Shown here in pieces: positions 35,085 through 44,586 of a stretch of DNA of 62,434 bases; the stretch's first letter is position 1; each line of letters begins with the position of its first letter. The position numbers were made by a program, and so were the translations under genes. The stretch is from the IMG/VR virus record IMGVR_UViG_3300042429_000522, positions 1 to 62,434 of that record; one strand, 5' to 3'. The notes beneath the pieces were generated by a model. It worked only from the letters and a program-made list of their open reading frames with translations. It was not told where the DNA came from and searched no databases. The stretch comes from a virus. Taxonomy: Duplodnaviria > Caudoviricetes.

Positions 35085-36257
35085 TTAGACGGCACCCCAG
35101 CCCTTGCGTTGTCCGATCACCTGCCAAGCATAAGCCATTGCGTCTACAACGTCATCATGCCTGCCAACTGGGAACGACAATAGTTCATCCTGCCAGTATG
35201 GTGGCAACCCTTCAGCGTGTACGACTTGCCCTTGCTCGTACCGGGCTTCCAATGGTCCAAAGCGGGTCACTTTGTCACGGTCTGGTCTGATGCCCCGGAT
35301 AGGCAGTTTAGTCCGCCTCATGAGCTCTTGAACGACAGCGGCTTGGTACTGAACCTGCTCGATGCCAATCATCGTAGGTTTCCACTTTTCAGCCATCATC
35401 TCGATGAACCTTAGCACGGATGCAAAGTCGGCACGGGTACGGTTGACATCCAATACATAAATAGTCCCGTCATCACCACGTGATAAAGCAACCACGGCTG
35501 TGTAGTCTGCTTCAGCCTTGGTACTGATAGCAAGGTCAACACCAAGGTAGACGGGCAAGCCTTCAGGTGCATCACCAAAACGCAACCACTCTCGCTTGAT
35601 ACGGGCACCAGCTGCATCAACGAACTCTGCTAAGTACTCTTGTCGAAAGGCTATGCTAGGCAATGATTCACCAGCCTTGGCTACCTCAGCTGCATCTATC
35701 CAAGGGTTCGCCGTGGTTGGCATCTGCCAGCTCATCCAGTCTGGATCTAAAGCAGCCATGCTGTGCAGGGTCTTGAAGTAGTTGCTACCCTTGGGAGTGC
35801 TTAGGAAGAAAGCATCTCCCCGGTAGTCGGTAAGCGTTGGGCGGATAGCCTCCGTCCACGCTTGTTCCAAGTGCCTTGCCATGGCGGCTTCATCAATGAT
35901 AACCCGCTTGTACTTTCGTCCACGGGCTACCGTAGACGGGTCATCAAGCGTCCAATAATCGATTGCCGCCCCGGTTATCAGTTCAATCCTTGGGGCTGGT
36001 GTTTGTACAGCCCTTCGGATGACAGGCGCATATATCCTTTTATGGTCGTTATATGCCTCTTCTAGAAGCCGGTAGGTAGGTGCGAACCAAGCACACGGCA
36101 AGCCGTGCTGGAGTACCGGATCCGATAGCAGATTCCCACCAAGCGTTGTTTTACCGAAACGTCTGCCACAGGCAAGAACATTGAACCGCTTGGCTTCTCG
36201 CAAGATTACCTGCTGGGCTTCGTGTGGCTTAGGAAGCACCAGCCTGATATCAGCCAT
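35085..36257 (-). CDS. terL: Terminase large subunit (B)
   Basis: GRRFGKT, IIDEAA, HDDVVDA. Confidence 0.95.
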   Translation of the reverse strand: MADIRLVLPKPHEAQQVILREAKRFNVLACGRRFGKTTLGGNLLSDPVLQHGLPCAWFAPTYRLLEEAYNDHKRIYAPVIRRAVQTPAPRIELITGAAIDYWTLDDPSTVARGRKYKRVIIDEAAMARHLEQAWTEAIRPTLTDYRGDAFFLSTPKGSNYFKTLHSMAALDPDWMSWQMPTTANPWIDAAEVAKAGESLPSIAFRQEYLAEFVDAAGARIKREWLRFGDAPEGLPVYLGVDLAISTKAEADYTAVVALSRGDDGTIYVLDVNRTRADFASVLRFIEMMAEKWKPTMIGIEQVQYQAAVVQELMRRTKLPIRGIRPDRDKVTRFGPLEARYEQGQVVHAEGLPPYWQDELLSFPVGRHDDVVDAMAYAWQVIGQRKGWGAV

Positions 36258-36606
36258 TGGGTTTATCTGCGTACTCTACGATCACCTTCACCGGTGAGCC
36301 GTCTGCCCCGGTTTGCTCTACCCTACTTGACCACTCAACCTTATGCTTACGTTCTAGCCACCATGCTGCAGCTTGCCACGTGGTGTCAGCTGCACGTTGG
36401 ATGATAGCAACGTTCCGCACCTCAGCATCACACTCTGCCTTTTTTATTGCATCCGCGAAATCCGCGTTGGTTTTGAGCCAAGCAGCCAGCGTGTCTTCTG
36501 AGATACCGGCGTAACCACATGATGCCCGGCGGGTATTACCCGACCGTAAGGCTTGTGTGATGCGTTGTACAACCTCTTCATTGTACTTAGTTGGTCTACC
36601 TGCCAT
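36250..36606 (-). CDS. terS: Terminase small subunit (B)
   Basis: GRPTKY...WQAAAWWLER, overlaps terL start. Confidence 0.8.
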   Translation of the reverse strand: MAGRPTKYNEEVVQRITQALRSGNTRRASCGYAGISEDTLAAWLKTNADFADAIKKAECDAEVRNVAIIQRAADTTWQAAAWWLERKHKVEWSSRVEQTGADGSPVKVIVEYADKPNG

Positions 36607-36607
36607 A

Positions 36608-37162
36608 TCAAGTCACCAAAGCCATAAACTCAGCACGTGCAGCCGTGTTGTATCTAAATGCTCCAATGGTTGCCGACGTAACCATCTCGGCGTTTGGTTG
36701 CTTTACACCACGGCAACCCATACACAAGTGCTTGGCTTTTATCACGACACCAACGCCCACCGGGTTTAGATGCTCCATCATTGCATTAGCAATCTCTTGT
36801 GTTAGGCGTTCCTGTACCTGCAACCGTTTAGCAAAACACTCAACCAACCTTGGTATCTTAGACAAGCCAACAACCCGGTCTGTTGGAATGTAAGCAACCG
36901 ATGCCTCACCAATAAACGGTAGCAGATGATGTTCGCAGGTGCTGTAAAAAGTAATGCCGCGAACAATAATCATTTCGTCGCATGGCACATCAAATGTACG
37001 GCTTAGAATCTTAGCCGGGTCTTCGTGATATCCAGCGGTGATTTCCGTCCAAGCTCGTAATACTCGGTCAGGTGTATCTATCAAACCTTCACGGGTATCG
37101 TCTTCCCCAATGTGTGCAAGTAATGTTTTTACTGCATCAATGGCATCGTCTTTAGTAACCAT
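36608..37162 (-). CDS. folE: GTP cyclohydrolase I
   Basis: REGLxDTP, CEHHLLPF, GLSK, RLQVQERLT, HLCMxxRG. Confidence 0.95.
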   Translation of the reverse strand: MVTKDDAIDAVKTLLAHIGEDDTREGLIDTPDRVLRAWTEITAGYHEDPAKILSRTFDVPCDEMIIVRGITFYSTCEHHLLPFIGEASVAYIPTDRVVGLSKIPRLVECFAKRLQVQERLTQEIANAMMEHLNPVGVGVVIKAKHLCMGCRGVKQPNAEMVTSATIGAFRYNTAARAEFMALVT

Positions 37163-37853
37163 TTTTTATGTTCCCTCCCAGTGGTATCAAACGCTTGTCG
37201 GCATGTTGGTCGTATAGATCTGCCTTGTACATTTTATGTATTTGGTATCCTGCTCTGAATGGTTCACCGTGTGTTTTTACATAATTTACTATCAGCTGCT
37301 TTACAGTATCGTCGTTATGTTTAGACCACTCTGGATGTAACCAAACCGGGGCATCAGGTTGCCGTGCTTGTATCACTGCTAACCCATCAATTATTGATGC
37401 TTCATTCTCAACAATGATTTTGAACTCGTTAGCCTTGGCTACATTTTCAATCAATGGTGCTGTAGCGAAAGGTTTAGGGGACAATGTAATCCAAGCGTCC
37501 ACGTTGCCTATTGATCGATGACCCGCTGTTTCAATATGCACTGGTCGTTTTGTATGGTTGATTATCTCGGTAATGAGTGGTTCCAAGTTATACATTGCCG
37601 GTTCCCCACCGGTAATCACCGTGTATGCAAATCTAGCATCTGTTGGTATCAAGGCAACTAAATCTGCAGCTGTATACCGTGTTATGTAATCCGGTTTCCA
37701 ATCCTTATGCCACGTACCAGCAGAGTCACAGAAGTGGCACTTTTGGTCACAACCGTACAACCTGAGAAAGTAGGCTGCTTGCCCAGCATAAACACCTTCA
37801 CCTTGGAACGATAAGAACCGCTCTTGTAGTGCGTATATTGGATTGTTACTCAT
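37152..37853 (-). CDS. queE: 7-carboxy-7-deazaguanine synthase (radical SAM)
   Basis: SFQGEG, CxxxCxxCD, ITGGEP, IETxG, LSPK, QxHK. Confidence 0.92.
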   Translation of the reverse strand: MSNNPIYALQERFLSFQGEGVYAGQAAYFLRLYGCDQKCHFCDSAGTWHKDWKPDYITRYTAADLVALIPTDARFAYTVITGGEPAMYNLEPLITEIINHTKRPVHIETAGHRSIGNVDAWITLSPKPFATAPLIENVAKANEFKIIVENEASIIDGLAVIQARQPDAPVWLHPEWSKHNDDTVKQLIVNYVKTHGEPFRAGYQIHKMYKADLYDQHADKRLIPLGGNIKNGY

Positions 37854-38220
37854 GGCAATACGCTGCGTAGGTCTTCCAGTCTCCTGCACGCTCAGTTACA
37901 CGCACCTCACGCAATACAACCCCATCCGGTAACTTTAGCAGGTTATTAGCCACGACCCATAAGTGTTGGGCAAGTAACTCGGATGACGGGTTGAAATCAA
38001 GAACCACATTTAGGTCTTGGTGATCTAGTGATTGAATGGTTGGTTTGATTGCGTTGCGTATTTCATCAAACGATATCAACCATCCACGATGGTCTAAGGT
38101 GGTTCCTTGTATAAAAAACTGCGCCTCCCAGTTATGTCCATGATTTTTTGAGCATGGTCCATCATCTTTTGGATTATGGTGTGCAGCACAAAACTCAAAC
38201 GATTTTGTTATTGTAAACAT
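37846..38220 (-). CDS. queD: 6-carboxy-5,6,7,8-tetrahydropterin synthase
   Basis: FxAAH, CxxxHGH, LDHxxLN, PSxE. Confidence 0.92.
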   Translation of the reverse strand: MFTITKSFEFCAAHHNPKDDGPCSKNHGHNWEAQFFIQGTTLDHRGWLISFDEIRNAIKPTIQSLDHQDLNVVLDFNPSSELLAQHLWVVANNLLKLPDGVVLREVRVTERAGDWKTYAAYCHE

Positions 38221-38232
38221 CGCGTCCCCTTG

Positions 38233-38814
38233 TTACTTTATCCACCAAGCGCATAGCGTTTCATCATGTATGGATTTACCCATGACCCCAAACCGTTCAA
38301 CATAGAAATCAGGTTGTACTGTGTAATCAATTTTATATAACCTCTTTATGTTGTTTTTGTTGGTGTCGTATAAAAGCTCTAACACTTGATCTAGCGTCCG
38401 AAAGTTTTTGTGTTCTTCGTTTGTGGTTTGTGCCTGTTTTGCCTTGATGTCTTTATTCGTAAACTGAATAAGCAAGATAGGAACGGTCACACGGTTTATC
38501 AATGCTTTGATTTCATCGTCGGTTAGATAATGTAATACGTGTCGCATCAAAACCATTGATGCATCAGGTGGTACCTGATAGGTGTTTATGTTGCTACAAA
38601 TATCCGGCTCCATATCCGGATTGTTATCAACCGTAACAACTTCATTGTTATCAAACCAACGTTTCGATAATCCGTTACCACCACCCAAATCATAAACAAT
38701 GCCTGATGGTATTTCATTACTGATGCAATCAGTGGCTATTGATAAAGAGTAAAAGTAAAGCAACTTTGATGTGGCGCTTTTACCTTTACCAAACGTGTTC
38801 GCGTGATCCATCAT
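38233..38814 (-). CDS. Class I SAM-dependent methyltransferase, O-methyltransferase-like
   Basis: VYDLGGGNG motif I and MRHVLHYLTDDE. Confidence 0.75.
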   Translation of the reverse strand: MMDHANTFGKGKSATSKLLYFYSLSIATDCISNEIPSGIVYDLGGGNGLSKRWFDNNEVVTVDNNPDMEPDICSNINTYQVPPDASMVLMRHVLHYLTDDEIKALINRVTVPILLIQFTNKDIKAKQAQTTNEEHKNFRTLDQVLELLYDTNKNNIKRLYKIDYTVQPDFYVERFGVMGKSIHDETLCAWWIK

Positions 38815-39659
38815 CTGCTTGTTACCTTTAGAGCTTGCTCACGGTCGAATGCTTCCAAGACAATATGTAAAGCCTTAGTGGTTGTAAGAGACAAAACGAT
38901 TTTAGTATTGAATAACCGTTGACAATCCGCAGCAAACCTAAGTGTTGACTGAGCACCAAGGAATCTAGACATGCTCTGTCCACCATGCCAAGATTCTTCC
39001 GAACGAGCATCCTTCAGTGTGTACCCGTAACTTTTTATAGCATCGGCTTGCTCATCGGTGATTTTGGTTTTTAGATCTGTCCGTGCGATTACTACAGTTT
39101 TGCCTTTACCAACATACAAAGGTAAGTGACCCATACGGGCACCATACTCCCATGTTGACGCATCCGCACTGTACGGTTTGTACTTAGCAATCAATGATTT
39201 ATTCAAGCTGCCCAACAGGTGTACCGGTTTTTTATTTGTTTCCAATACGTGTTTAGCCCAACCCAAACCACCACCGCCAGCCCCTTTGTTTGTGTTGATA
39301 CCACCAACAGCAACCAAGTCCGAGTGTTCATACATGCTGGCAATCTCGTATGGTTTAGCCCCCGGTGTAGCAATAGGTATCGTGTCGATACCTTGGCTGC
39401 AGAGATACCGATAGTTCTCTTCTGTTTTGATTGGGTCACCAATGACATCAAGTGTGAAGATACGGTCTGGCTTGATAGGAAATGTTTTTACAAAGTTAGC
39501 AAATTCGTCTACAGGTGTAGCTGCTTTGTTTGCTTTGTATGTCGTAAAAGCACCTGAGTCCATCCAGAACTTATGACCCTTTGATGCAGCATCAGCGCAG
39601 GCTTGTATCAAGCCCACATCCAAGTATGGGTATGCAACAAGAAAGTTGAAATGATCCAC
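38811..39659 (-). CDS. dpdA: DpdA-like (TGT-fold) DNA 7-deazaguanine transglycosylase
   Basis: MDSGAF, LDVIGD, AVGG, VHLLG, SADASTW; adjacent to que genes. Confidence 0.8.
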   Translation of the reverse strand: MDHFNFLVAYPYLDVGLIQACADAASKGHKFWMDSGAFTTYKANKAATPVDEFANFVKTFPIKPDRIFTLDVIGDPIKTEENYRYLCSQGIDTIPIATPGAKPYEIASMYEHSDLVAVGGINTNKGAGGGGLGWAKHVLETNKKPVHLLGSLNKSLIAKYKPYSADASTWEYGARMGHLPLYVGKGKTVVIARTDLKTKITDEQADAIKSYGYTLKDARSEESWHGGQSMSRFLGAQSTLRFAADCQRLFNTKIVLSLTTTKALHIVLEAFDREQALKVTSR

Positions 39660-40237
39660 TAATTTTCTATCCTTGCGTCATCAATAATTGATATTGCCTG
39701 AGCAACGACATTGGTTAGTTGATCAGCATCAGATTGTGAACATGAGACGGTTAGCGTAAACCGTAATGGCCCATCATTGGGTTCCAACGTGTTTGCTTTA
39801 TCCGCAATATTGTTATCCCAAACACCGGCAATCTCGTTTATAAGTTCGTTTAGATCATCGGTTGAGTATCCGGTACCATCCAAGCCAATAGGTGTATTAG
39901 CAAGTTCAGCAAGGATGTCGGTAATCTTGGTCGTGTCATCTTGCCCGATACGGGTAGTCCTGTTATCAACCACAAGGATACGCAGCTCTTCTTCCGGTGT
40001 AACGTCAACCCATTGAACAGGTACGGTTTCCCAGCCTAGCGCCTTGGCAGCCATCACCCGATGATTTCCCGCTAGGATGTGCTTAGTACTCGTGTTGACA
40101 ACCACAGAGCCGTACCAACCATTGACAGCTAGACTGGTTTTGATGGCTTCTATATCACCGTGGTTGGCGTTGCGTGGGTGGTGCTTGAGCAGATCTATCG
40201 CAACCTGCTCAATACCTTTGTTTATTACTCTACTCAT
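39659..40237 (-). CDS. ParB-like N-terminal domain protein
   Basis: HPRN, ILAGNHRxxAAKALG, DNR. Confidence 0.85.
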   Translation of the reverse strand: MSRVINKGIEQVAIDLLKHHPRNANHGDIEAIKTSLAVNGWYGSVVVNTSTKHILAGNHRVMAAKALGWETVPVQWVDVTPEEELRILVVDNRTTRIGQDDTTKITDILAELANTPIGLDGTGYSTDDLNELINEIAGVWDNNIADKANTLEPNDGPLRFTLTVSCSQSDADQLTNVVAQAISIIDDARIEN

Positions 40238-40418
40238 CTAGATTCTTCCGTATCTCGGCACTGGTAGCCCAAAGCATAGCCGCCCGCATCTTTTCTTTGC
40301 TGATGCCCTGAGCCTTAGCCTTTTTTTTCACATCGTTATACAACCAACGGTTATACAGCTCGTTGTACACGGCTAGGCACCCAGCCCCCACCAAAGCACC
40401 AATGGCAAAAGGTATCAT
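40230..40418 (-). CDS. Small membrane-anchored protein (B)
   Basis: Near-identical to 6243-6431. Confidence 0.7.
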   Translation of the reverse strand: MIPFAIGALVGAGCLAVYNELYNRWLYNDVKKKAKAQGISKEKMRAAMLWATSAEIRKNLDE

Positions 40419-40714
40419 CTTGGGTCTGCCTCATGTCCTTTGTCTCCAACGATGTTGTTCCAGTCAACACCCCAACCATTTCTACGATTTGGTTGTCCAC
40501 ACTCCCAATCAGTAGCACATATCCATTCAGTTGATAACCGTGTTCCTGAATATTCAACGCCACCTTGACCGACCAAACGCATCAAGCAAACATCGCCAAC
40601 TAATGAACTTTCATCTTTAGTACTTTGATCAAGAGCAAACCAACCGGTTGGAGCACTTTTCCTGCGTATTGCCTTACCATTCAATAAAGCACGCATCGCT
40701 CTATCTATCATCAT
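40415..40714 (-). CDS. DUF2829/Tad2-like protein
   Basis: AMRALLNGKAIRRK...ICATDWE. Confidence 0.55.
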   Translation of the reverse strand: MMIDRAMRALLNGKAIRRKSAPTGWFALDQSTKDESSLVGDVCLMRLVGQGGVEYSGTRLSTEWICATDWECGQPNRRNGWGVDWNNIVGDKGHEADPR

Positions 40715-40950
40715 TTGGCAACCTCCCCGGTTCGCGGATCAAGTACAACTACTGCCCAGTCGTTAGCAAACAAATCACCGGGTGACAATGTAAGCTCTTC
40801 CATCTGCCGTACCGCTTCACCGGTTGTGTGGACTTCAAAAGCATTCCAAAGCTCGCTATACCTGATGAAGACATGTCCGTCCCAATCTTGCCGCCATACA
40901 GCGTTGCCACCACCAGCCATCAAGGCTTGTATTACATCTCCAAATCTCAT
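40711..40950 (-). CDS. DUF2829/Tad2-like protein
   Basis: MRFGDVIQAL...VWRQDW...DLFANDW; ortholog of 6428-6673. Confidence 0.65.
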   Translation of the reverse strand: MRFGDVIQALMAGGGNAVWRQDWDGHVFIRYSELWNAFEVHTTGEAVRQMEELTLSPGDLFANDWAVVVLDPRTGEVAK

Positions 40951-41378
40951 TTGACTATCACCCAATCAGTAGCCATTACATCAGCACCACGGAAGTAAGC
41001 AGGTCCTGCATGGTGCCGGTTACCTGCACCGTCTAATTTGAACATCACAAGTTGACCATGCTGGATAGCGTAGTGTAACCTTGCTCCGTCTCGGCAAATG
41101 TATCGGTCTTCCTTCATGTGAACGATGGCACCGCTAAAACTCATGTGGCATTGTGGATGGCGTGTAGTTGGTGCAAAGGTTGCTACTTGATCAGTACATA
41201 ACGGCTGGTAACCAAGGCTTGTAGCGTAGGTCAGTAGTTCGGGATTCCGTACCCACTTCTCGACGCTTTGTCGCGTGGTCATGTTTTTGGCTGTCGGCCA
41301 GCTGCCCGTCTCGTTATAGATTTCCATTGCTTGGCGGATGCGCTCTTTTTTTTCATCAACACTAAATGCTAACGCCAT
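40947..41378 (-). CDS. HTH-like domain fused to a DUF2829/Tad2-like domain (B)
   Basis: MSFSGAI...LDGAGNRH...DVMATDW; ortholog of 7296-7709. Confidence 0.6.
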   Translation of the reverse strand: MALAFSVDEKKERIRQAMEIYNETGSWPTAKNMTTRQSVEKWVRNPELLTYATSLGYQPLCTDQVATFAPTTRHPQCHMSFSGAIVHMKEDRYICRDGARLHYAIQHGQLVMFKLDGAGNRHHAGPAYFRGADVMATDWVIVK

Positions 41379-41643
41379 ACAAATCCTCCGCTCTCAATAA
41401 ACGGGTGTATTGTTTGCTACCCCTGCGTGTAAAGATTCTGCCATCGTTGGCAAGCTTAGCCAATGCCCTAGTGTATGTTGCCGTTGCAAACCCATACTCA
41501 GACATGATTTGCTTACAATCTCTGGTGGACAACAAACCTTTATTCTTCTTCAGCTCAAAAACAATAATGCTTGAGCATTGATCCAACCGTGTATCGAACT
41601 CTGACGTTACTGCTAACGCATACGCCTCATTTAGTTTGCTCAT
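41362..41643 (-). CDS. Putative winged-helix protein
   Basis: TYTRALAKLANDGRI pattern. Confidence 0.45.
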   Translation of the reverse strand: MSKLNEAYALAVTSEFDTRLDQCSSIIVFELKKNKGLLSTRDCKQIMSEYGFATATYTRALAKLANDGRIFTRRGSKQYTRLLRAEDLYGVSI

Positions 41644-41881
41644 TTATCTCCTCGGCTTCCTTGGCTATTCGGTCAGCAAAGGTCGTGTCCTTGGTGGCTG
41701 TGTAAGCCATATACCAAAGCGCCTTGATGCTGTCAGCGTTAGCCGTACCTTTGTGTGGACAACGCTGTAGGTACTTGATAACGTTCCCAGCTGCAAAGTC
41801 TAACCCCCAGTCGTCGATGACGCTGAGGGCTTGTATTTTTGTAGTCCGGTAATGCCCGGTCAATATTCTAGAATCTCCCAT
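41627..41881 (-). CDS. DUF3310 family protein (B)
   Basis: HY...GNVIKYL.R...KG...KALWY. Confidence 0.75.
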   Translation of the reverse strand: MGDSRILTGHYRTTKIQALSVIDDWGLDFAAGNVIKYLQRCPHKGTANADSIKALWYMAYTATKDTTFADRIAKEAEEINEQTK

Positions 41882-42069
41882 CCATCACACAAAACGAAAT
41901 CCTGAAGAATGCTGTTTTGTGTAAGGATGTGTGCTTCTTTGTCGTTCAGAGTAATCTTGTCGGCTACCACTTCGATGTAGCGTCCTTCAGCCCAAACAAC
42001 GCATCGAACCTTGCTCCCAAGGCGTAGTGCCTTGAGAGCTTCAGTTGCTGTGCATGGTGTTGCTGTCAT
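41860..42069 (-). CDS. DUF2829/Tad2-like protein
   Basis: EALKALRLGSKVR..W..G...DGWEI. Confidence 0.55.
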   Translation of the reverse strand: MTATPCTATEALKALRLGSKVRCVVWAEGRYIEVVADKITLNDKEAHILTQNSILQDFVLCDGWEILEY

Positions 42070-42404
42070 ACGGTTACCGGTTCCGTTTGCTTGTGCATCA
42101 TCCGGTCAATGTTGTATGCAACTGCCCAGATATCTGCAATAACGTCTGCTACCTTCAGGTCGTTTACCCAGTAAGGATTCTGGATACATTCACCGTGCCA
42201 GTTTTTGCAATCCCAAATGCCAGCATCTGTGCCGATAGAAATCATCAAGTGCAGCTCACCTTTGTGCATATGCACTTCGCTATGATCGGAGCTAACCTGA
42301 ATCAGTAGCGGGCTATCGATAACTGCAAACGGCTCATGCTTGTTGATGGTCTTTTGTGCCAAGTCTGTAAGGACTTCGGCTATGGTCTTCATTGTTTCTG
42401 TCAT
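42066..42404 (-). CDS. Hypothetical protein (B-specific)
   Basis: SD GGGAGATAA; preceded by hairpin at 42423-42444. Confidence 0.65.
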   Translation of the reverse strand: MTETMKTIAEVLTDLAQKTINKHEPFAVIDSPLLIQVSSDHSEVHMHKGELHLMISIGTDAGIWDCKNWHGECIQNPYWVNDLKVADVIADIWAVAYNIDRMMHKQTEPVTV

Positions 42405-42463
42405 TGTTTATCTCCCAAAGTTGGGAGGGATTGTAGTCCCTCCCGTATACAAGTTACCCGTAT

Positions 42464-42952
42464 TTACTCCCCTTCAAACGGGTCTTCGATGTCATCAACC
42501 GGTACGGCTTTGCGCAGTGGTTTTGTAGCTGCAACCTTTACCGGCTTGACGGTTTCGATAACGTTGGTCATCTCACCGTTCATCTTCTGGCGGGTACCTA
42601 CAACAACTTGCCATTGCTTGGATTTGAGAACATCCATATCAAGGTCTTGGAACTGTTGGCTGGTCATCCGTCCAACCATGCCATCAAGCAATATTGTCAG
42701 CTTAGCCTTGTCGTTGCCGTAGTAGGTCTTGGTGTACTGAGCAAACCGAAAAGGTTGGCCGTCTTCGTCTCCAACTTCGGTGCTTTCGAAAATCCATTTG
42801 AAGTTCGGTTCGAGTACGTTAGGGTCATCAAAACTCTTGCCCTGTACCGCTTCACAATCGATCAAAGCACAGATGTAGATACCCTGCTCGGCCACACTGT
42901 ACTTCTTCCCGCCACCTTCCGAGAACTTCCCGTGTTGTGCAAAAAATCCCAT
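42464..42952 (-). CDS. Single-stranded DNA-binding protein (B)
   Basis: Homolog of 7933-8421. Confidence 0.6.
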   Translation of the reverse strand: MGFFAQHGKFSEGGGKKYSVAEQGIYICALIDCEAVQGKSFDDPNVLEPNFKWIFESTEVGDEDGQPFRFAQYTKTYYGNDKAKLTILLDGMVGRMTSQQFQDLDMDVLKSKQWQVVVGTRQKMNGEMTNVIETVKPVKVAATKPLRKAVPVDDIEDPFEGE

Positions 42953-43104
42953 TACAACTCCTTGAGCCACTGGCTCTTTGATATGTCGATGATGAAAAGG
43001 TCTTTACCGGAACCACTGGGGCCGCCCTTGCGAGCATTTTCACATCCATCACCGACACATCAATATATACCCAACCGATATACACTGGCAAACATTATTT
43101 CGGT

Positions 43105-43251
43105 GGTACAAACTTACGACCTCTACCGGATAATGGGCATCAGTATGCCCTCCTTATGAGGGCGGTACTGATTGCCCATAGGGGGATTCAAAGGGGGATT
43201 TATCCTAACGGTACAAAAGTACAACACTTAACTGTACCGTTTTTTGTACCG
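43105..43251. other. Putative replication origin (B)
   Basis: Homolog of 8516-8663 with a compensatory stem change. Confidence 0.55.
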
Positions 43252-43257
43252 TTGTTT

Positions 43258-44586
43258 TTAGCCCGCTTTGATCCAAGGACTACGAGCAAATTCAGGGTCA
43301 ATCTTGCGTATCAAACCCTGCTCCTTCAGTGATTCCAACAGTGCTAGTGCAACCTGTTTATTGCCACCTATGATGCCAGCTAAACTGTTGCCGGACATCT
43401 TTTCGTTCTGATCTAAAGCATTCATAACCCGCTCGGTTAGTTGCTGTTCCTTGGTTGCTTCAGCCCCACCAACGCAGTGTTGTAAACGCATACCACCGGC
43501 TTCATCAGTAACGATTTGATACGACAACTCAACAAAGTCCTCTTCGCCTATATGGCGTTGCTTTGTGGTCTTTAGGGTATAGATGCCATCTTTGTTCTCA
43601 ACCGTGGCTACAAGGTCAGCCTGTGCCGCAATCTCACCTGCACCACGCATCGCCTCGTGAGCCACTGGACCAGCGTGTATGCCCTTTTTATGATGGTGTA
43701 GTGCTATTATCGCTGCCCCTGATTCGTTGATGCCCTTCATGCGATCATAGAGCTTAGCCATGTCAGTGTTGCTGTTCTCGTCGTATCCATGAACACGAAC
43801 AAAGGTGTCAAGAATAACAATGGCTATCTGATGCTCCTTCACGTACGCGACAATGTCTGCCATGTGTTCTGGGTTATCTAGTTTGACCATTTGCTTTTGC
43901 ATGACGTGAACGTTCTCACAAGCTGCAGGACACAACTTATAAAAGCGTTGAAAGAACCTACCTATGCCCATCTCTTCGTTTATGTACAAGACGTTGCACT
44001 GCGTAACCGGTAGGCAACCCATCCAAAGTGAACCATCAGAACACGCCCGGACAAGGTCCACGGCAATCCACGATTTACCACCACCCGGCGGTGCCGTGAT
44101 GAAGTGCATACCGCCACGGGTTATAAGATTCTCAACCAACCACTGAGCATCGTCGGCTAATGCTGCAGCATCACAGAATGCTTGCCAGTTGAGGAACTCT
44201 AGTTTGCGTTTAGGTTGAACCTTTACTTTTAGTTCATCCCTAAGCATTGCCGGTGTAAGTGGTGGCAAATCTGAGTCTTTCCAATCAGACCAAGCCCTGC
44301 CAATCTTTTCATAGACTTCCCACTCTTCCATTGGTGGGTCACAAAACCGTTTATTCCAATCAAGGATTGCCGGTGCTGCGAAGTCAATGTGCGTACGTGT
44401 GGATCTCATGTAGCCAACACAAGCGGTTAGAGCATTATCCCTACCACCGTATGGTCCGCCACCTTCAGGATGCCGTTGTCTAAGTTTGGCTAATGTTCCA
44501 TCATCGGTATATTCGCCGGGTTGCCGCTCTTCCCGTGGCTTGCGCTTTGGTGTCGGGTCAAGTTCATCAAACCATTCATCTGCCAA
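43258..44586 (-). CDS. PriCT-like plus RecA-like helicase (B)
   Basis: Homolog of 8670-10007. Confidence 0.85.
   Translation of the reverse strand: MADEWFDELDPTPKRKPREERQPGEYTDDGTLAKLRQRHPEGGGPYGGRDNALTACVGYMRSTRTHIDFAAPAILDWNKRFCDPPMEEWEVYEKIGRAWSDWKDSDLPPLTPAMLRDELKVKVQPKRKLEFLNWQAFCDAAALADDAQWLVENLITRGGMHFITAPPGGGKSWIAVDLVRACSDGSLWMGCLPVTQCNVLYINEEMGIGRFFQRFYKLCPAACENVHVMQKQMVKLDNPEHMADIVAYVKEHQIAIVILDTFVRVHGYDENSNTDMAKLYDRMKGINESGAAIIALHHHKKGIHAGPVAHEAMRGAGEIAAQADLVATVENKDGIYTLKTTKQRHIGEEDFVELSYQIVTDEAGGMRLQHCVGGAEATKEQQLTERVMNALDQNEKMSGNSLAGIIGGNKQVALALLESLKEQGLIRKIDPEFARSPWIKAG

Noticed and set aside
38811-39659. Canonical tRNA-guanine transglycosylase for queuosine
   Set aside because: Short, lacks the CxCxxC zinc motif of bacterial Tgt, and sits with a ParB-like gene next to terS, a context typical of DNA modification
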